Source: an uncultured Spirochaetota bacterium
Lineage (GTDB): Bacteria > Spirochaetota > Spirochaetia > SZUA-6 > Fen-1364
Assembly: GCA_963820525.1 (NCBI GenBank)
Contig: CAWGAA010000001.1
Coordinates: 256,001-320,000, forward strand
Direction of reading: 5' to 3'
Length of the DNA stretch: 64,000 nt
The first letter of the stretch is position 1; each line of letters opens with the position of its first letter. Made by a program: the position numbers and the translations under genes. The notes under the pieces are model-generated. The model was not told the DNA's origin, did not search any database, and was given only the letters and a program-made list of their open reading frames with translations. This document shows positions 19,987 through 30,240 of this stretch, piece after piece.

Positions 19987-20894
19987 GGCAGGCTCCCATC
20001 GGCGAAAACGGCCGCGTAGCGGCGGACGCCTTCCCGCACATCAAGCATCGCGAGCAGCTTCCCCTCCCTGCTGAATACGGGAAACTCGCCGTCGCATTGG
20101 ATCGGTTGGTCGAAGGAGAGCCGCCCGGCTGGAATACCCCGGGCGATGAGCCGCGCGAGCTCGGCTGTGACCGTCAGGCGCGTGAAGCCGGGGCAGCCGT
20201 CAAAGAAGCTTTCCGGCGGAAGGAGGTGCCGGGAAGCATCGAAGAGCTCTGGCTCCACAGCCTGCTCCAGGCTGAAGTTGCCGATGCGGGTCCTCGACAG
20301 GCGGGAAACATGCGCGCAGGTCCCGAGAGCTTCGGCAATGTCCCGCGCGAGGGACCGGATGTATGTACCCTTGGAGCAGGCGACGATCAGGGTCGCGTTC
20401 GGCGGCTGATATTCAAAAAGCTCCAGCCGACGGATTGTGATGGGTCTCGGCTCGAGCTGGACCGTCTCGCCTTTTCGCGCAGCCTCGTGGGCTCGCCTGC
20501 CGTTGACGTGAACGGCGGAGAATTGAGGAGGCACCTGGAGAATGGCGCCGGTGAAGCGGGCGAGGACGCGCTGGATCGCTTCCCGCGACGGCACGGGCCC
20601 CTCCGCCACCACCTCCCCCTCGGGATCGAGGGTGTCGGTGCCTTTGCCGAACGTGACGCCGGCAACGTACTCCTTGTCCATTGCGGAGGCATACGGGCAG
20701 AGCCTTGTGAGCCTTCCGGCAAGCACGAGCAGAAGGCCATCGGCGAACCGGTCGAGGGTTCCCGTATGCCCGATGCGGTGAGTTTTCAGGCTGCGTTTGA
20801 TGGCTCCAAGCGCCTGAAAGGAGGTCCTTCCCGCGGGCTTGGACAACAGAATGATGCCGTCAGCCACTCTCGGCTCGCCGGGTGTCTGCATCAC
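19983..20894 (-). CDS. truB: tRNA pseudouridine(55) synthase
   Basis: GHTGTLD, QVPPQFSA, CSKGTYIRSLARD. Confidence 0.95.
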   Translation of the reverse strand: MMQTPGEPRVADGIILLSKPAGRTSFQALGAIKRSLKTHRIGHTGTLDRFADGLLLVLAGRLTRLCPYASAMDKEYVAGVTFGKGTDTLDPEGEVVAEGPVPSREAIQRVLARFTGAILQVPPQFSAVHVNGRRAHEAARKGETVQLEPRPITIRRLELFEYQPPNATLIVACSKGTYIRSLARDIAEALGTCAHVSRLSRTRIGNFSLEQAVEPELFDASRHLLPPESFFDGCPGFTRLTVTAELARLIARGIPAGRLSFDQPIQCDGEFPVFSREGKLLAMLDVREGVRRYAAVFADGSLP

Positions 20895-21280
20895 CCGCTT
20901 GAGTTCCCGCCCTCCTCGATCCCCGTTTGCGCAGGGTGAGCGATTTCACGCAGCTTCTTGGCGATCCGGAATCCCCGCTCGATGGAGTCGTCGAGGATGA
21001 AGGAGAGCCGGGGAAAAGTGCGTATGCTGATCCTCTTGGAGAGGACCCCCTGGATGAATCCGGCGGCATGGTTGAGGGCGTCAACGCTCCCCTGGAGGGT
21101 TTCCCGCTCGCCGAAGCGTGAGACGTAAATCTTGGCGTGGCCGAGGTCCCGGGAAAGGCGGACCTCCGTCACCGTTGTAAGTCTCTCCACGCGGGGGTCC
21201 TTGATCTCGCCCATGAAGATCATGGAGCAGATCTCCTCCCGCAGGAGGCTTTCAAGTCGCTTGAGCCTTAGTTCCGCCAT
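20891..21280 (-). CDS. rbfA: Ribosome-binding factor A
   Basis: IKDPRV, TVTEVRLSRDL, PRLSFILDDS; follows infB. Confidence 0.95.
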   Translation of the reverse strand: MAELRLKRLESLLREEICSMIFMGEIKDPRVERLTTVTEVRLSRDLGHAKIYVSRFGERETLQGSVDALNHAAGFIQGVLSKRISIRTFPRLSFILDDSIERGFRIAKKLREIAHPAQTGIEEGGNSSG

Positions 21281-23681
21281 CCCTGGCCCCTTCCAGCTTC
21301 TTGGCCAGCTCGTGCACCTCGTAGACCTCTATGGTGTCTCCCACCTTGATGTCTTGGAAGTTGTCCAGTCCGATTCCGCACTCGAACCCTTCCTCCACCT
21401 CCCGCGCGTCGTCCTTGAAGCGCTTCAGGGAGACGAGCTTTCCCTTGAAGATCTCCACGCCCTCGCGGATGAGCCGCATGTCCGCGTTGCGCTTGACCTT
21501 GCCCGACGCGACGTAGCAGCCCGCGATCGTTCCGATCTTGGGGACCTTGAAGGTGTTGCGCACCTCGATTGTGCCGATGAGCTCTTCCTTGAGCTCCGGC
21601 TTCAAGAGGCCTTCCATTGCCGCCCGGATGTCGTCCACCGCGTCGTAGATGATGTTGTACTTGCGGATCTCCACCTTTTCGCGGTCCGCCAGGCTCTGGG
21701 CGCTGGGAGTGGGCCGCACGTGGAAGCCGATGATCAGGGCATTGGAGGCGGCCGCCAGGTTGACGTCGTTCTCGTTTATGGCTCCGGCCGCCGCGTGGAT
21801 GACCTGGAGCTTCACCTCGGAGGTTGACATCCGCTCCAGGGCGGTCTGAAGGGCCTCCACGGAGCCGTGCACGTCGGCCTTGATGATGACCTTCAGCTCC
21901 TGGATCTGCCCTTCCTTGATCTGCTCGTAGAGGTTGTCCAGGGTGATCTTCTTGACGTTCTTCGATTCCTCCAGCTTTCGAAGCTCCTGGCGCTTGGCCC
22001 CGATGACCTTGGCTGTTTTCTCGTTGTCGGTGACCTGGAACGGGTCTCCCGCGTTGGGGATGCTGGTGAATCCGACCACCTCGACGGGAAGCGACGGGGT
22101 GGCTTCCGTCATCCGGTCTCCCTTGTCGTTGAACATGGCCCGAACCTTGCCCGGGTAGATCCCCGCCACAAAGGAGTCCCCGCCGCGAAGCGTGCCCTTT
22201 TTGCAGATGATCGTGGCAACGATTCCGCGGCCCATGTCCACACGGGACTCGAGCACTATTCCCATTGCGCGGGTGTCGTACGGCGCCTTCAGCTCGAGGA
22301 TTTCGGCCTGGAGGAGGATGCTCTCCAGCAGTTCCTGGATGCCCATCTTCTTCAAGGCGGAAACGAGGTTGTAGATCGTCGTGCCGCCCCAGTCCTCGGG
22401 GGCCAGGCCGTGCTCGGTAAGCTGCTTCTTCACGAGATCAACGTTGGCTTCGGGAAGGTCTATCTTGTTGACGGCCACAATGATGGGAACGCGCGCATCC
22501 TTGGCGTGGTTCACGGCCTCGATGGTCTGGGGCATGACCCCGTCCACGGCGGAGACCACCAGCACGACCAGGTCCGTGACCTGGGCGCCGCGGGCGCGCA
22601 TCATGGTGAAGGCCTCATGGCCCGGCGTGTCGATGAATACGATCTTGCCCTTGGGCAGGTCCACGGAGTATGCGCCGATGTGCTGCGTGATGCCGCCGTA
22701 CTCGCCCTCGGCCACGTTGGTGCTCCTGATGGCGTCCAGGAGCTTGGTCTTTCCGTGGTCGACGTGGCCCATGATCGTGACGATGGGAGGCCGCGGGAGG
22801 GAGTCCTCCTCGCTCGCCTTCTCCTCCTCGATTACCGTCTCGTCGTAGAGGGAGACGACGTTCACCTTGCACTGGTACTCGGCGGCGAGAAGGGAGGCCG
22901 TATCGGCGTCGATCTGGTCGTTGATGGTCACCATCATGCCCATTGACATGAGCTTGTGGATCACCTCCGAGGCCTTGAGGTTCATTTTCTTCGCAAGCTC
23001 GGAAACCGTGATGTTCTCCGTGATCGCGATCTCCTTGGGCACCGGGTTGGCCATGACCACGGTCTTCTTCTTCACCTGGAGGCTTTTTTCCTCGATCTCC
23101 ATGTGCTTGCGCTTGGGATACTCGATCTTTCTCTTCGTTTTCGAGTAGAACTTTTTGGCCGTCGGCTTCTTGTCCTCGGGCTTGGCGGCGCCGCCTTCCG
23201 TGGGCCTCCCTCCGGCAGACGGTCTTCCGCCTGCGGACGGCCGCGGCCCGAATGGAGGGCGCCCTCCAAAGGGCGGCCTTCCTCCCGCCGGCGGCCTGCC
23301 GCCGTACTGGGGTCTTCCCTCGCCGCCCTGGGGGCGGGGCGGCATGGGCCTTCGCAAAGGAGCCCCGATTCGCGCGCTTTCTCTTACCGACGGTCTCGGC
23401 TCGGGAGGGTGCTGAAGGGCTGGGGGCTTCGGCTTGGGTTTCTCTTCCATGACCGCCTGAGGAGGAGCTTCCACCACGGACGCTGCCGCCTCGGGTTCGA
23501 CGGCCTTCTTGGCCGGCATCGGCTTTTTGACGACGACGACCCTCTTCTTCACCACGACAACCTTCTTCTTCTCCGAGGCCGCTTCCTCGACGGGGTGCGG
23601 CTCTTCCTCGGCCTTCTTGTGCTTTATGAGGGCGGTCTTGGGCTTTTTCTTGCTCTCCAGTTCCTCGGGCGTACTGTTCAC
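21252..23681 (-). CDS. infB: Translation initiation factor IF-2
   Basis: [23 protein letters not shown] start at 23681 overlapping the nusA stop is inferred. Confidence 0.96.
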   Translation of the reverse strand: MNSTPEELESKKKPKTALIKHKKAEEEPHPVEEAASEKKKVVVVKKRVVVVKKPMPAKKAVEPEAAASVVEAPPQAVMEEKPKPKPPALQHPPEPRPSVRESARIGAPLRRPMPPRPQGGEGRPQYGGRPPAGGRPPFGGRPPFGPRPSAGGRPSAGGRPTEGGAAKPEDKKPTAKKFYSKTKRKIEYPKRKHMEIEEKSLQVKKKTVVMANPVPKEIAITENITVSELAKKMNLKASEVIHKLMSMGMMVTINDQIDADTASLLAAEYQCKVNVVSLYDETVIEEEKASEEDSLPRPPIVTIMGHVDHGKTKLLDAIRSTNVAEGEYGGITQHIGAYSVDLPKGKIVFIDTPGHEAFTMMRARGAQVTDLVVLVVSAVDGVMPQTIEAVNHAKDARVPIIVAVNKIDLPEANVDLVKKQLTEHGLAPEDWGGTTIYNLVSALKKMGIQELLESILLQAEILELKAPYDTRAMGIVLESRVDMGRGIVATIICKKGTLRGGDSFVAGIYPGKVRAMFNDKGDRMTEATPSLPVEVVGFTSIPNAGDPFQVTDNEKTAKVIGAKRQELRKLEESKNVKKITLDNLYEQIKEGQIQELKVIIKADVHGSVEALQTALERMSTSEVKLQVIHAAAGAINENDVNLAAASNALIIGFHVRPTPSAQSLADREKVEIRKYNIIYDAVDDIRAAMEGLLKPELKEELIGTIEVRNTFKVPKIGTIAGCYVASGKVKRNADMRLIREGVEIFKGKLVSLKRFKDDAREVEEGFECGIGLDNFQDIKVGDTIEVYEVHELAKKLEGARDGGTKAQAT

Positions 23682-25222
23682 TGATCTTCCTCTGTGCTTT
23701 CCTCGAAGCTTAATCCCACGCCGCAGTTTGGACAAGTGGCCATGTCGGGAGTGACGGGAGTCCCGCATTCGGGACACTCGTAGCTCTCCTCCTCCGCCAT
23801 TTCTTCCTGCGCCTCGGCCGCTTCGGCGGCCGCGACGGGTGCCGCTTCCTCGGCCTCGGAGGCAGGCTCCTCGACTGCGATTTCCTCGGGGGCGGGCTCC
23901 TCCGCCGCGGCAGGGGCCTCTTCCTCCACGATCTCCACGTTCTCGTCTATGATTTTCTGAAGCAGAGCCACGTCTTCCGCCGTGATCCCCTCCAGGCTCG
24001 CGAGCTCCGCCGTGGTCAGGGCCACCAGGCTCTCGATGTCCGTGATGTGGTCCTTCTCGAGGATCTCCACGAGGCGCGGGGGGATGCCGGGCAGTTCGGA
24101 GATCTTCTGGATCTCTTCCTCGGAAACCTCGCCGAAAAGCGCGGACACCGCCTTCTTGGCCTCCGCTGAGATGTCCATCTCTGAGAACTGGCTCTCCGTC
24201 TTCACGTCGATGTTCCAGTCCGTGAGCCGGTTGGCGAGCCGCACGTTCAGCCCCTGCTTGCCGATAGCCAGGGAGAACTGGGCATCGGGCACCACGGCGA
24301 GGGCGGACTTCTTCGCCTCGTCAAGGATGAGTACCTGGGAGACCTCGGCGGGGGAGAGGGCGTTCTTGATGAACCCGCGCGGATCCGTGGAGTAGCGAAG
24401 CACGTCGATCTTCTCGCCCTCCAGCTCCCTCACCACCGCCTGGATGCGAACCCCCTTGAGGCCAACGCAGGCGCCCACGGGATCCACGTCTTCGCGGTTG
24501 GACCGGACGGCGAGCTTGGTCCTGTAGCCGGGCTCGCGCACGATCTTGAAGATCTCTATCGTCTTGTCGTAGATCTCCGGCACCTCCAGCTCGAAGATCT
24601 TCTTGACGAACTCGGAATGGTTGCGCGACAGCACGATCTGCAGGCCCGACGGGGTCTTCACGACCTCGTAGATCATCGCCTTGATGCGGTCGTTGGGATG
24701 GTACACCTCGCGGGGAGACTGGTACTTCTTGGGAAGAATTCCCTCGGTCTTGCCCAGGTCCACGTAGATGTTGCCGTTGCGCTCTCGCTGGTAGTAGCCG
24801 ATGATCATCTCCCCTACTTTGTCCTTGTACTCGGAGTAGAGGGTGTCCTTCTGGATCTCCCGCAGGCTCTGGCGGGCCTTCTGCTTGGCGCTCTGAACCG
24901 AGACGCGGTCGAACTCCTGCGGGTTGATCTCGATGAGAAGCTCGTCGCCGATTTCGGCGTCCTCGTTGAGCTGCTTGGCCTCCGACAGCTCCATCTCGCG
25001 AACGGGGTCCATCAGATCGTCGTCCTCGACGATGATCTTCTTGGCGAAGAGGGTCACCTCGGTGCCGTCGTCGCTGAAGCGCACCACGGCGTTGTCCATG
25101 GACCCGTACTTCTTCTTGTACGCAGCGAGCAGGAAGTTCTCGATGGTCTTCATCACGAGATCCTCGGGAATTCCCCTCTCCTGCACGAGCTGCTTGATTG
25201 CCTGTGCCAGATCAGACTGCAT
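23678..25222 (-). CDS. nusA: Transcription termination/antitermination factor NusA with C-terminal zinc ribbon
   Basis: REPGYRTK, DPVGACVG, AIGKQGLNVRLA; C-terminal CPEC...CPNC. Confidence 0.96.
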   Translation of the reverse strand: MQSDLAQAIKQLVQERGIPEDLVMKTIENFLLAAYKKKYGSMDNAVVRFSDDGTEVTLFAKKIIVEDDDLMDPVREMELSEAKQLNEDAEIGDELLIEINPQEFDRVSVQSAKQKARQSLREIQKDTLYSEYKDKVGEMIIGYYQRERNGNIYVDLGKTEGILPKKYQSPREVYHPNDRIKAMIYEVVKTPSGLQIVLSRNHSEFVKKIFELEVPEIYDKTIEIFKIVREPGYRTKLAVRSNREDVDPVGACVGLKGVRIQAVVRELEGEKIDVLRYSTDPRGFIKNALSPAEVSQVLILDEAKKSALAVVPDAQFSLAIGKQGLNVRLANRLTDWNIDVKTESQFSEMDISAEAKKAVSALFGEVSEEEIQKISELPGIPPRLVEILEKDHITDIESLVALTTAELASLEGITAEDVALLQKIIDENVEIVEEEAPAAAEEPAPEEIAVEEPASEAEEAAPVAAAEAAEAQEEMAEEESYECPECGTPVTPDMATCPNCGVGLSFEESTEEDQ

Positions 25223-25718
25223 TTTTATCTTCCTCGTTCTTCGTCTCGCCCCGTGGCGATATCGTTTTCTCCTGGGAGTGATCGAGCCGCGCCTTGCGTA
25301 TCGAGGAGATGGGATACTCCTTCACCCCCCCGCCCGTGCGAAGCTTAAGCACCCCGTTCTCGGCCCGTTCGATGACTCCTCCTATCCATTCGGCCTCGTC
25401 GGCCGCCAAAATCCGGACTCCCCTGCCGGCAAAGATGCCGTATTCGGCAGGGCTCTTCAGCCGCCTGTCTATGCCCGGCGAGCTTACCTCGAGGCTCACG
25501 TCCTCCATCCCCTCGATGGTCAGGAGGCGGGGATAGATGAGGCGGGAGACCTCGGCGCATTCGTCGATTCCAACCCCCGCCGCGCGGTGGACAACCACCG
25601 CCACGCGCGTGACGCCCTTGAGCCTGCCTACCGTGCACTCCACGAGGCTGAACCCCATCCCCGTGATGACCGGTTCTATCTCCTCGCGGACCGTCTTGTT
25701 CAGATGCTCGAAATACAA
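25212..25718 (-). CDS. rimP: Ribosome maturation factor RimP
   Basis: IDECAEVSR, LEVSSPGIDRRL; first gene of the nusA operon. Confidence 0.92.
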   Translation of the reverse strand: MYFEHLNKTVREEIEPVITGMGFSLVECTVGRLKGVTRVAVVVHRAAGVGIDECAEVSRLIYPRLLTIEGMEDVSLEVSSPGIDRRLKSPAEYGIFAGRGVRILAADEAEWIGGVIERAENGVLKLRTGGGVKEYPISSIRKARLDHSQEKTISPRGETKNEEDKNAV

Positions 25719-25735
25719 TGTATCCGCCGCCCAAT

Positions 25736-25762
25736 AAAAAAGAGTCGTTAGGCCGACTCTTT
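25736..25762 (-). terminator. Terminator-like hairpin in the rimP leader
   Basis: Minus strand AAAGAGTCG-GCCTAA-CGACTCTTT-TTT between the promoter and the rimP start; matches the known position of rimP-leader hairpins. Confidence 0.7.
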
Positions 25763-25771
25763 CTTCACCAT

Positions 25772-25800
25772 AACGTACATTATAAGGGCGGAATTGTCAA
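25772..25800 (-). promoter_or_regulatory. Putative sigma70 promoter of the rimP operon
   Basis: TTGACA (25800-25795), 17 bp, TACGTT (25777-25772). Confidence 0.6.
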
Positions 25801-25859
25801 TCCGTTGCGCCGGTCATTGTCATTCCGACCGGCAGTGCGCCCCGAAGCCCCGCCAGGCC

Positions 25860-26564
25860 TTACATGTCGAGGGCAAGGGTGAGCACGGACACGCTCCGGC
25901 ATCCCGCATCGAGAAGGACCCGGGCGCAGGCGTCCGCCGTGGCCCCAGTGGTAAAGACATCGTCCAGGACGACCGCCCGTTCGGGAACGCGCGCTCCCGG
26001 GCTTTTACGGATCTTCCCCTGGAGATTGCCACGCCGCTGCTCGAAGTCGAGGCTCTTCTGGGAAGCCCCACCCGTCCGTTCCAGCGGACGAAGGACCTGC
26101 GCCAGGCGGCTCCTCTCGATGGCCCGGGCAATCCTCTCGACATGATCGATTCCTCCGGCATGGGGGCGCGGCGGAACCGGTATCACGGGCATGCCGGCGA
26201 AGCTCTCACGAAGGGACGGAGCGAGGAATCCGGCGAAAAGATCCGCGAGGCGGCTCCTTCCATCGAATTTGTAGCAGGCGATGAGCCTCCTCACCTCCGT
26301 CTCGTAGGCGAAGATGGAGAAGTTTGAATCGAAGGCGTACGCGGTCTGGCGGCAGCGCGTACAGATGCAGTCTTCCGAGACGAGCGGAGTGCTGCACACG
26401 CGGCAGCGGACCCCTCCCAAAGGCCTCAGGCGCGCGATACATTCGTCGCAGACGAGGGCGCCGGCAGTGGAGGCCAGGAGAAGCCACTCGCCGCAGAGCA
26501 GGCAGCGTCCCGGAAAAAGGAGGTCCAGGAGGAATCGAGGTGCCGCGTGAAGGCCGCCGCCCAC
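25860..26564 (-). CDS. comF: ComF family protein (double zinc ribbon plus PRTase)
   Basis: LFPGRCLLC, CDEC, CRVC, CTRC; LDDVFTTGAT. Start is approximate. Confidence 0.88.
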   Translation of the reverse strand: MGGGLHAAPRFLLDLLFPGRCLLCGEWLLLASTAGALVCDECIARLRPLGGVRCRVCSTPLVSEDCICTRCRQTAYAFDSNFSIFAYETEVRRLIACYKFDGRSRLADLFAGFLAPSLRESFAGMPVIPVPPRPHAGGIDHVERIARAIERSRLAQVLRPLERTGGASQKSLDFEQRRGNLQGKIRKSPGARVPERAVVLDDVFTTGATADACARVLLDAGCRSVSVLTLALDM

Positions 26565-26566
26565 CT

Positions 26567-29236
26567 TCAGGAATCCCCCCCGGAGCCGAGCTCTTCCTTC
26601 CAGCGGGCGATCCGGTTCAGTGCCTCCAGGGGAGAGGTCTTGTCGACAGGGAAGCGGCGGATCTCGCGCAAGACCGTGTCGCGCGCGGGAAAGAGGAGCC
26701 GCTGGGAATCCGCCTCCTGTCCGCCTTCCTTTTTCTGCACTTCCGTCTTCGGCGGGGAATACCGCGGGGCGCCTTCCCCCGAGGTCAAATCCGTCAGTAT
26801 TTTCTGGGCCATCGAAAGGGTCTCCGCGGGGATGCCCGCGAGCTTCGCGACATGGATGCCATACGAGTTGTCGGACGGCCCTTCGCGCACCCGCTTGAGG
26901 AAAACGACCTCGCCCGCCCTTTCCAGGACATCCATCGAAAGATTCGCCACCATGGGATGGCTCAAGGCGGTCAGCTCGTGGAAGTGCGTGGCGAACAGCG
27001 TTCGGGCTCCGATATGCCCGAGGATGTACAGGCTCACGGCCCACGCGATGGCAAGCCCGTCCCGCGTGCTCGTCCCCCTGCCGATCTCATCCATGACGAT
27101 GAGGCTGCGTCCCGTGGCAGAGCGCAGGATGTGCGCGGTCTCGTTCATCTCCACCAGGAACGTGGATTCCCCGCGGGCAAGGTTGTCCGTGGCGCCCACC
27201 CGGCAGAAGATGCTGTCCACGATCCCGATCGCGGCCTCGGAGGCCGGCACGAAGGAGCCGATCTGGGCCATGAGCACGATCAGCGCGGTCTGGCGGAGGA
27301 ACGTCGACTTTCCCGCCATATTGGGGCCCGTGAGGATCACGAAGGACCGGCTCTCGTCTCCCAGCTTCACGCTGTTGGGCACGAATGCCCCCCCGGGAAG
27401 ATGGGCTTCCACCACGGGATGCCGGCCTTCCTTGATGTGCAGCCGAGGCTCTTCCCAGATCGTCGGGCGGCAGTATCCCCGGACCGTGGCGGCGAAGGCC
27501 AGGGACTGGTAGACGTCGAGCTCCGACGTCGCCTCAGCTATGGTCAGGAGACGCCCCACGCTCCCCTTCACCTTCTCCCGCACCTCCAGGAAGAGGCGCT
27601 TCTCGATATCCACGATCTTCTCCGAGGCGTTGTTGATCTCCGATTCCAGATCCGCCAGCCGGTCCGTGGTGTACCGCTCTCCTCCCACCAGCGACTGCCT
27701 GCGGATGAAGTGCTTCGGAACAAGGGGGAGATTCGACTTGGTGACTTCGAGGTAGTACCCGATGATCTTGTTGTATCGCAGCTTGAGCGCCGCGATTCCC
27801 GTCGCGGCGCGCTCCTCTTCCAGGTATTTCTCGAGTATTCCCCGGGCATTGTCCCGAAGGTCGAAGAGCCGGTCGAGCTCGTCGTCGTATCCCCGCCGAA
27901 TGAGGTTGCCCTCCGTGATGAGAAGCGAAGGCTCCTCGGCGATGGCACGCGCGAGAAACCGGGCGAGCTCTTCCATGGCGGCGCGGTTCTCCCTCAGGCA
28001 TGCGGTCAGGCCGCCCATCTCGCCGCCGCCCGTCAAAAGCTCTTCGATGGCGAGAACCGACTCCAGCGTGGAGGCGATTGCCAGCAGGTCCTTCGCGTTC
28101 GCTCTGTCCATTGCGACGCGGGAAGCAAGCCGCTCCAGGTCGAGGACCCTGCCCAGGGAGTCGCGGAGCCGGGAGAGCAGCACCTGGTCCCGGTAGAGGG
28201 ATTCGACGGCGGAGAGCCTCCTTTCGATGGCGGCGCGATCCTTCAGGGGCGTGAGAAGCCAGCGGCGGAGCTTGCGCGCCCCCAGCGAAGTGCGGCTTTG
28301 ATCGAGAACTTCCAGCAGCGTATAGCGCCTGCTCCCATCCTGAAGGTTGGCGACGAGCTCGAGGCTCTTCTGTGCGGACTCGTCCAGGGCGACGAAGCTC
28401 GAATCGCTGTAGACGGCCAGGGACGAGATATGGGCGAGGGCCTTTTTCGCGGTTCCGGCAAGATAGTCGAGAAGGACCCCCGCGGAGACGATCTCGGGGG
28501 AATCCTCGGCGAGCCCGAATCCCTTGAGGTTCGTTACGCCAAGCTGCTTCAGAAGCCGGGCGCGGCATGAAGAGGGCTCGAAGCTCCAGTCCGGATACCT
28601 GTTCACGAGGCATCCTTCCTTCTCCGTGAGAAGCCCCCGTACGACATCGTCTTCTTCGAACAGCGACTCTTGAGTGATGACCTCCTTGGGCTCAAGGCGA
28701 AGGAGCTCTCTCTTCAACCGCTCGCCGCGCTCGGCGAACGCGAAGGAGGTGGCGGCGAACTCTCCCGTGGAAAGATCCGCGTATGCCAGGGACATCATGC
28801 CGTTTGATCTGCCGACCGCCAGGAGATAGTTGTTTGCGTTGCGGGCGAGGAGGCTTTCATCGAGCGCGGTCCCCGGAGTGATCACCTCTACGACGTCACG
28901 GTTCATAAGCCCCCGGCCGCCGGAGGGGGGCACCGACTGCTCACAGACCGCCACCTTCCGGCCGGCCGCGAGGAGGCGCGCGATGTATCCCGCAGCCGCG
29001 TGATAGGGAATCCCGCACATCGGCACGCCGTTTCTTTGCGTGAGCGTGAGCTCGAGCAAAGAGGATACCTCCCGGGCATCCTTTTCGAACATCTCGTAGA
29101 AATCGCCCAGACGGAAGAACAGGACGGCATCGGGGAAGCGCTCTTTGGCGCTCCTGTATTGGGCCATCATGGGGCCCGTTCCGCCGCCGGCCTGGCGCTC
29201 CCGACTTTCGCTTGATCCCGGGGTTGTTTCTCCCAT
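26567..29236 (-). CDS. mutS: DNA mismatch repair protein MutS
   Basis: FRLGDFYEMF, GPNMAGKST, DEIGRGTST, ATHFHEL. Start at 29236 is inferred from promoter position. Confidence 0.96.
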   Translation of the reverse strand: MGETTPGSSESRERQAGGGTGPMMAQYRSAKERFPDAVLFFRLGDFYEMFEKDAREVSSLLELTLTQRNGVPMCGIPYHAAAGYIARLLAAGRKVAVCEQSVPPSGGRGLMNRDVVEVITPGTALDESLLARNANNYLLAVGRSNGMMSLAYADLSTGEFAATSFAFAERGERLKRELLRLEPKEVITQESLFEEDDVVRGLLTEKEGCLVNRYPDWSFEPSSCRARLLKQLGVTNLKGFGLAEDSPEIVSAGVLLDYLAGTAKKALAHISSLAVYSDSSFVALDESAQKSLELVANLQDGSRRYTLLEVLDQSRTSLGARKLRRWLLTPLKDRAAIERRLSAVESLYRDQVLLSRLRDSLGRVLDLERLASRVAMDRANAKDLLAIASTLESVLAIEELLTGGGEMGGLTACLRENRAAMEELARFLARAIAEEPSLLITEGNLIRRGYDDELDRLFDLRDNARGILEKYLEEERAATGIAALKLRYNKIIGYYLEVTKSNLPLVPKHFIRRQSLVGGERYTTDRLADLESEINNASEKIVDIEKRLFLEVREKVKGSVGRLLTIAEATSELDVYQSLAFAATVRGYCRPTIWEEPRLHIKEGRHPVVEAHLPGGAFVPNSVKLGDESRSFVILTGPNMAGKSTFLRQTALIVLMAQIGSFVPASEAAIGIVDSIFCRVGATDNLARGESTFLVEMNETAHILRSATGRSLIVMDEIGRGTSTRDGLAIAWAVSLYILGHIGARTLFATHFHELTALSHPMVANLSMDVLERAGEVVFLKRVREGPSDNSYGIHVAKLAGIPAETLSMAQKILTDLTSGEGAPRYSPPKTEVQKKEGGQEADSQRLLFPARDTVLREIRRFPVDKTSPLEALNRIARWKEELGSGGDS

Positions 29237-29275
29237 GAGATTGGAATTATAGTACGCCGTCATGGAAGGAAACAA
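29224..29275. promoter_or_regulatory. Symmetric bidirectional promoter between mutS and the STAS gene
   Basis: Plus strand TTGTTT-18-TATAGT; minus strand TTGTTT-18-TATAAT; the two -10 boxes overlap at 29246-29253. Confidence 0.55.
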
Positions 29276-29789
29276 TACGAGGTCCGGGGACGAGGCGCCG
29301 CTCAGCCGGACCGACCCCATTCTCATCGCGGAAGACGGGAGAGGAGTTTTCTTGAAGGCCTCGGGCCACATCCGCGCCCTCGACTGCTACCCCTTGCGCG
29401 AAGAGCTGCTTTCCCGGCTGGACTGCCCGAAGTCCCCGACCGCCGTCTTCATAGAGCTTTCCGACTGCCGATACATGGACTCCACGTTCATCGGCCTCCT
29501 CGTCGCCATGGACGGGAGGTTGAAGAGCCACGGCGGGAGGCTCCGCGTTTTCAACCCGTCCGCCGAATGCCTCGAATCCTTGGGCCGTCTCGGGCTGGAC
29601 AGGGTGCTGTCTGTCGAGCATGGCCCCCTGGAGCTTCCTCCCGGATCGCGCCCCCTGCCCTACCGGGGGAGCCCCGGGGCTGAGTTCGTTCTGAAAGCCC
29701 ATGAGGCCCTCATGGAAAAATCCGAAGAGGCGAAAAAGAAGTTCAGCCTGCTCAAGGAGATGCTTGAGAAAAAGCTCAGGAAGGGCTAG
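29262..29789 (+). CDS. STAS-domain protein (anti-sigma-factor antagonist-like)
   Basis: IELSDCRYMDSTFIGLL motif with the phospho-acceptor Ser; C-terminal AHEALM extension. Confidence 0.85.
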   Translation: MEGNNTRSGDEAPLSRTDPILIAEDGRGVFLKASGHIRALDCYPLREELLSRLDCPKSPTAVFIELSDCRYMDSTFIGLLVAMDGRLKSHGGRLRVFNPSAECLESLGRLGLDRVLSVEHGPLELPPGSRPLPYRGSPGAEFVLKAHEALMEKSEEAKKKFSLLKEMLEKKLRKG

Positions 29790-29795
29790 CGATGC

Positions 29796-30239
29796 TCAGG
29801 GCCTCCCGGGCCCCGAACCTCGCCCTCTCAGCGCCTTCGAATCGAGGTAGTCCCGAAGGAAGAGCGACGCGGCAATGGCATCCACTTTTTCCTTGGCCGT
29901 GCGGCGGGTCTTGCCGACGGCGGCGAGAATTTCTTCCGCTCTCCTGCTGGACCAGCTTTCGTCCCAGAGGGTGCACGCCGAGCCGCGAGCCGCCAGCCGC
30001 TGGCAGAGCAGCCGCGAGCGTTCGCATCCCTCCCCTTCCCTGCCGTCATCCCGCACGGGATAGCCCACCACCACGAGATCGACCTCTTTCTCGCGGCACA
30101 GATCGATCAGCTTCGCCGTGAGCCTGTCCAGGGATGTGAAGGGGATGGTAGCGAAGGGCGAGGCGATCATGCCGAGCGGATCCGTCAGGGCCAGGCCAAC
30201 ACGCCGGGTGCCGAGGTCCACGGCGAGGGTCCGTCCCAC
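29796..30239 (-). CDS. ruvX: Holliday junction resolvase-like / pre-16S rRNA nuclease YqgF
   Basis: LAVDLGTRRVGLALTD, WDESWSS, VDAIAA. Confidence 0.92.
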   Translation of the reverse strand: MGRTLAVDLGTRRVGLALTDPLGMIASPFATIPFTSLDRLTAKLIDLCREKEVDLVVVGYPVRDDGREGEGCERSRLLCQRLAARGSACTLWDESWSSRRAEEILAAVGKTRRTAKEKVDAIAASLFLRDYLDSKALRGRGSGPGRP

Positions 30240-30240
30240 C

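Noticed and set aside
23201..23303. 18-bp-period GGRP repeats in infB
   Set aside because: Low-complexity Gly/Arg/Pro linkers are common in IF-2 N-termini; synonymous divergence argues against an active tandem repeat.
25779..25800. TTGACA plus TATAAT as the rimP promoter pair
   Set aside because: Only 10 bp apart; TACGTT at 17 bp fits the spacing instead.
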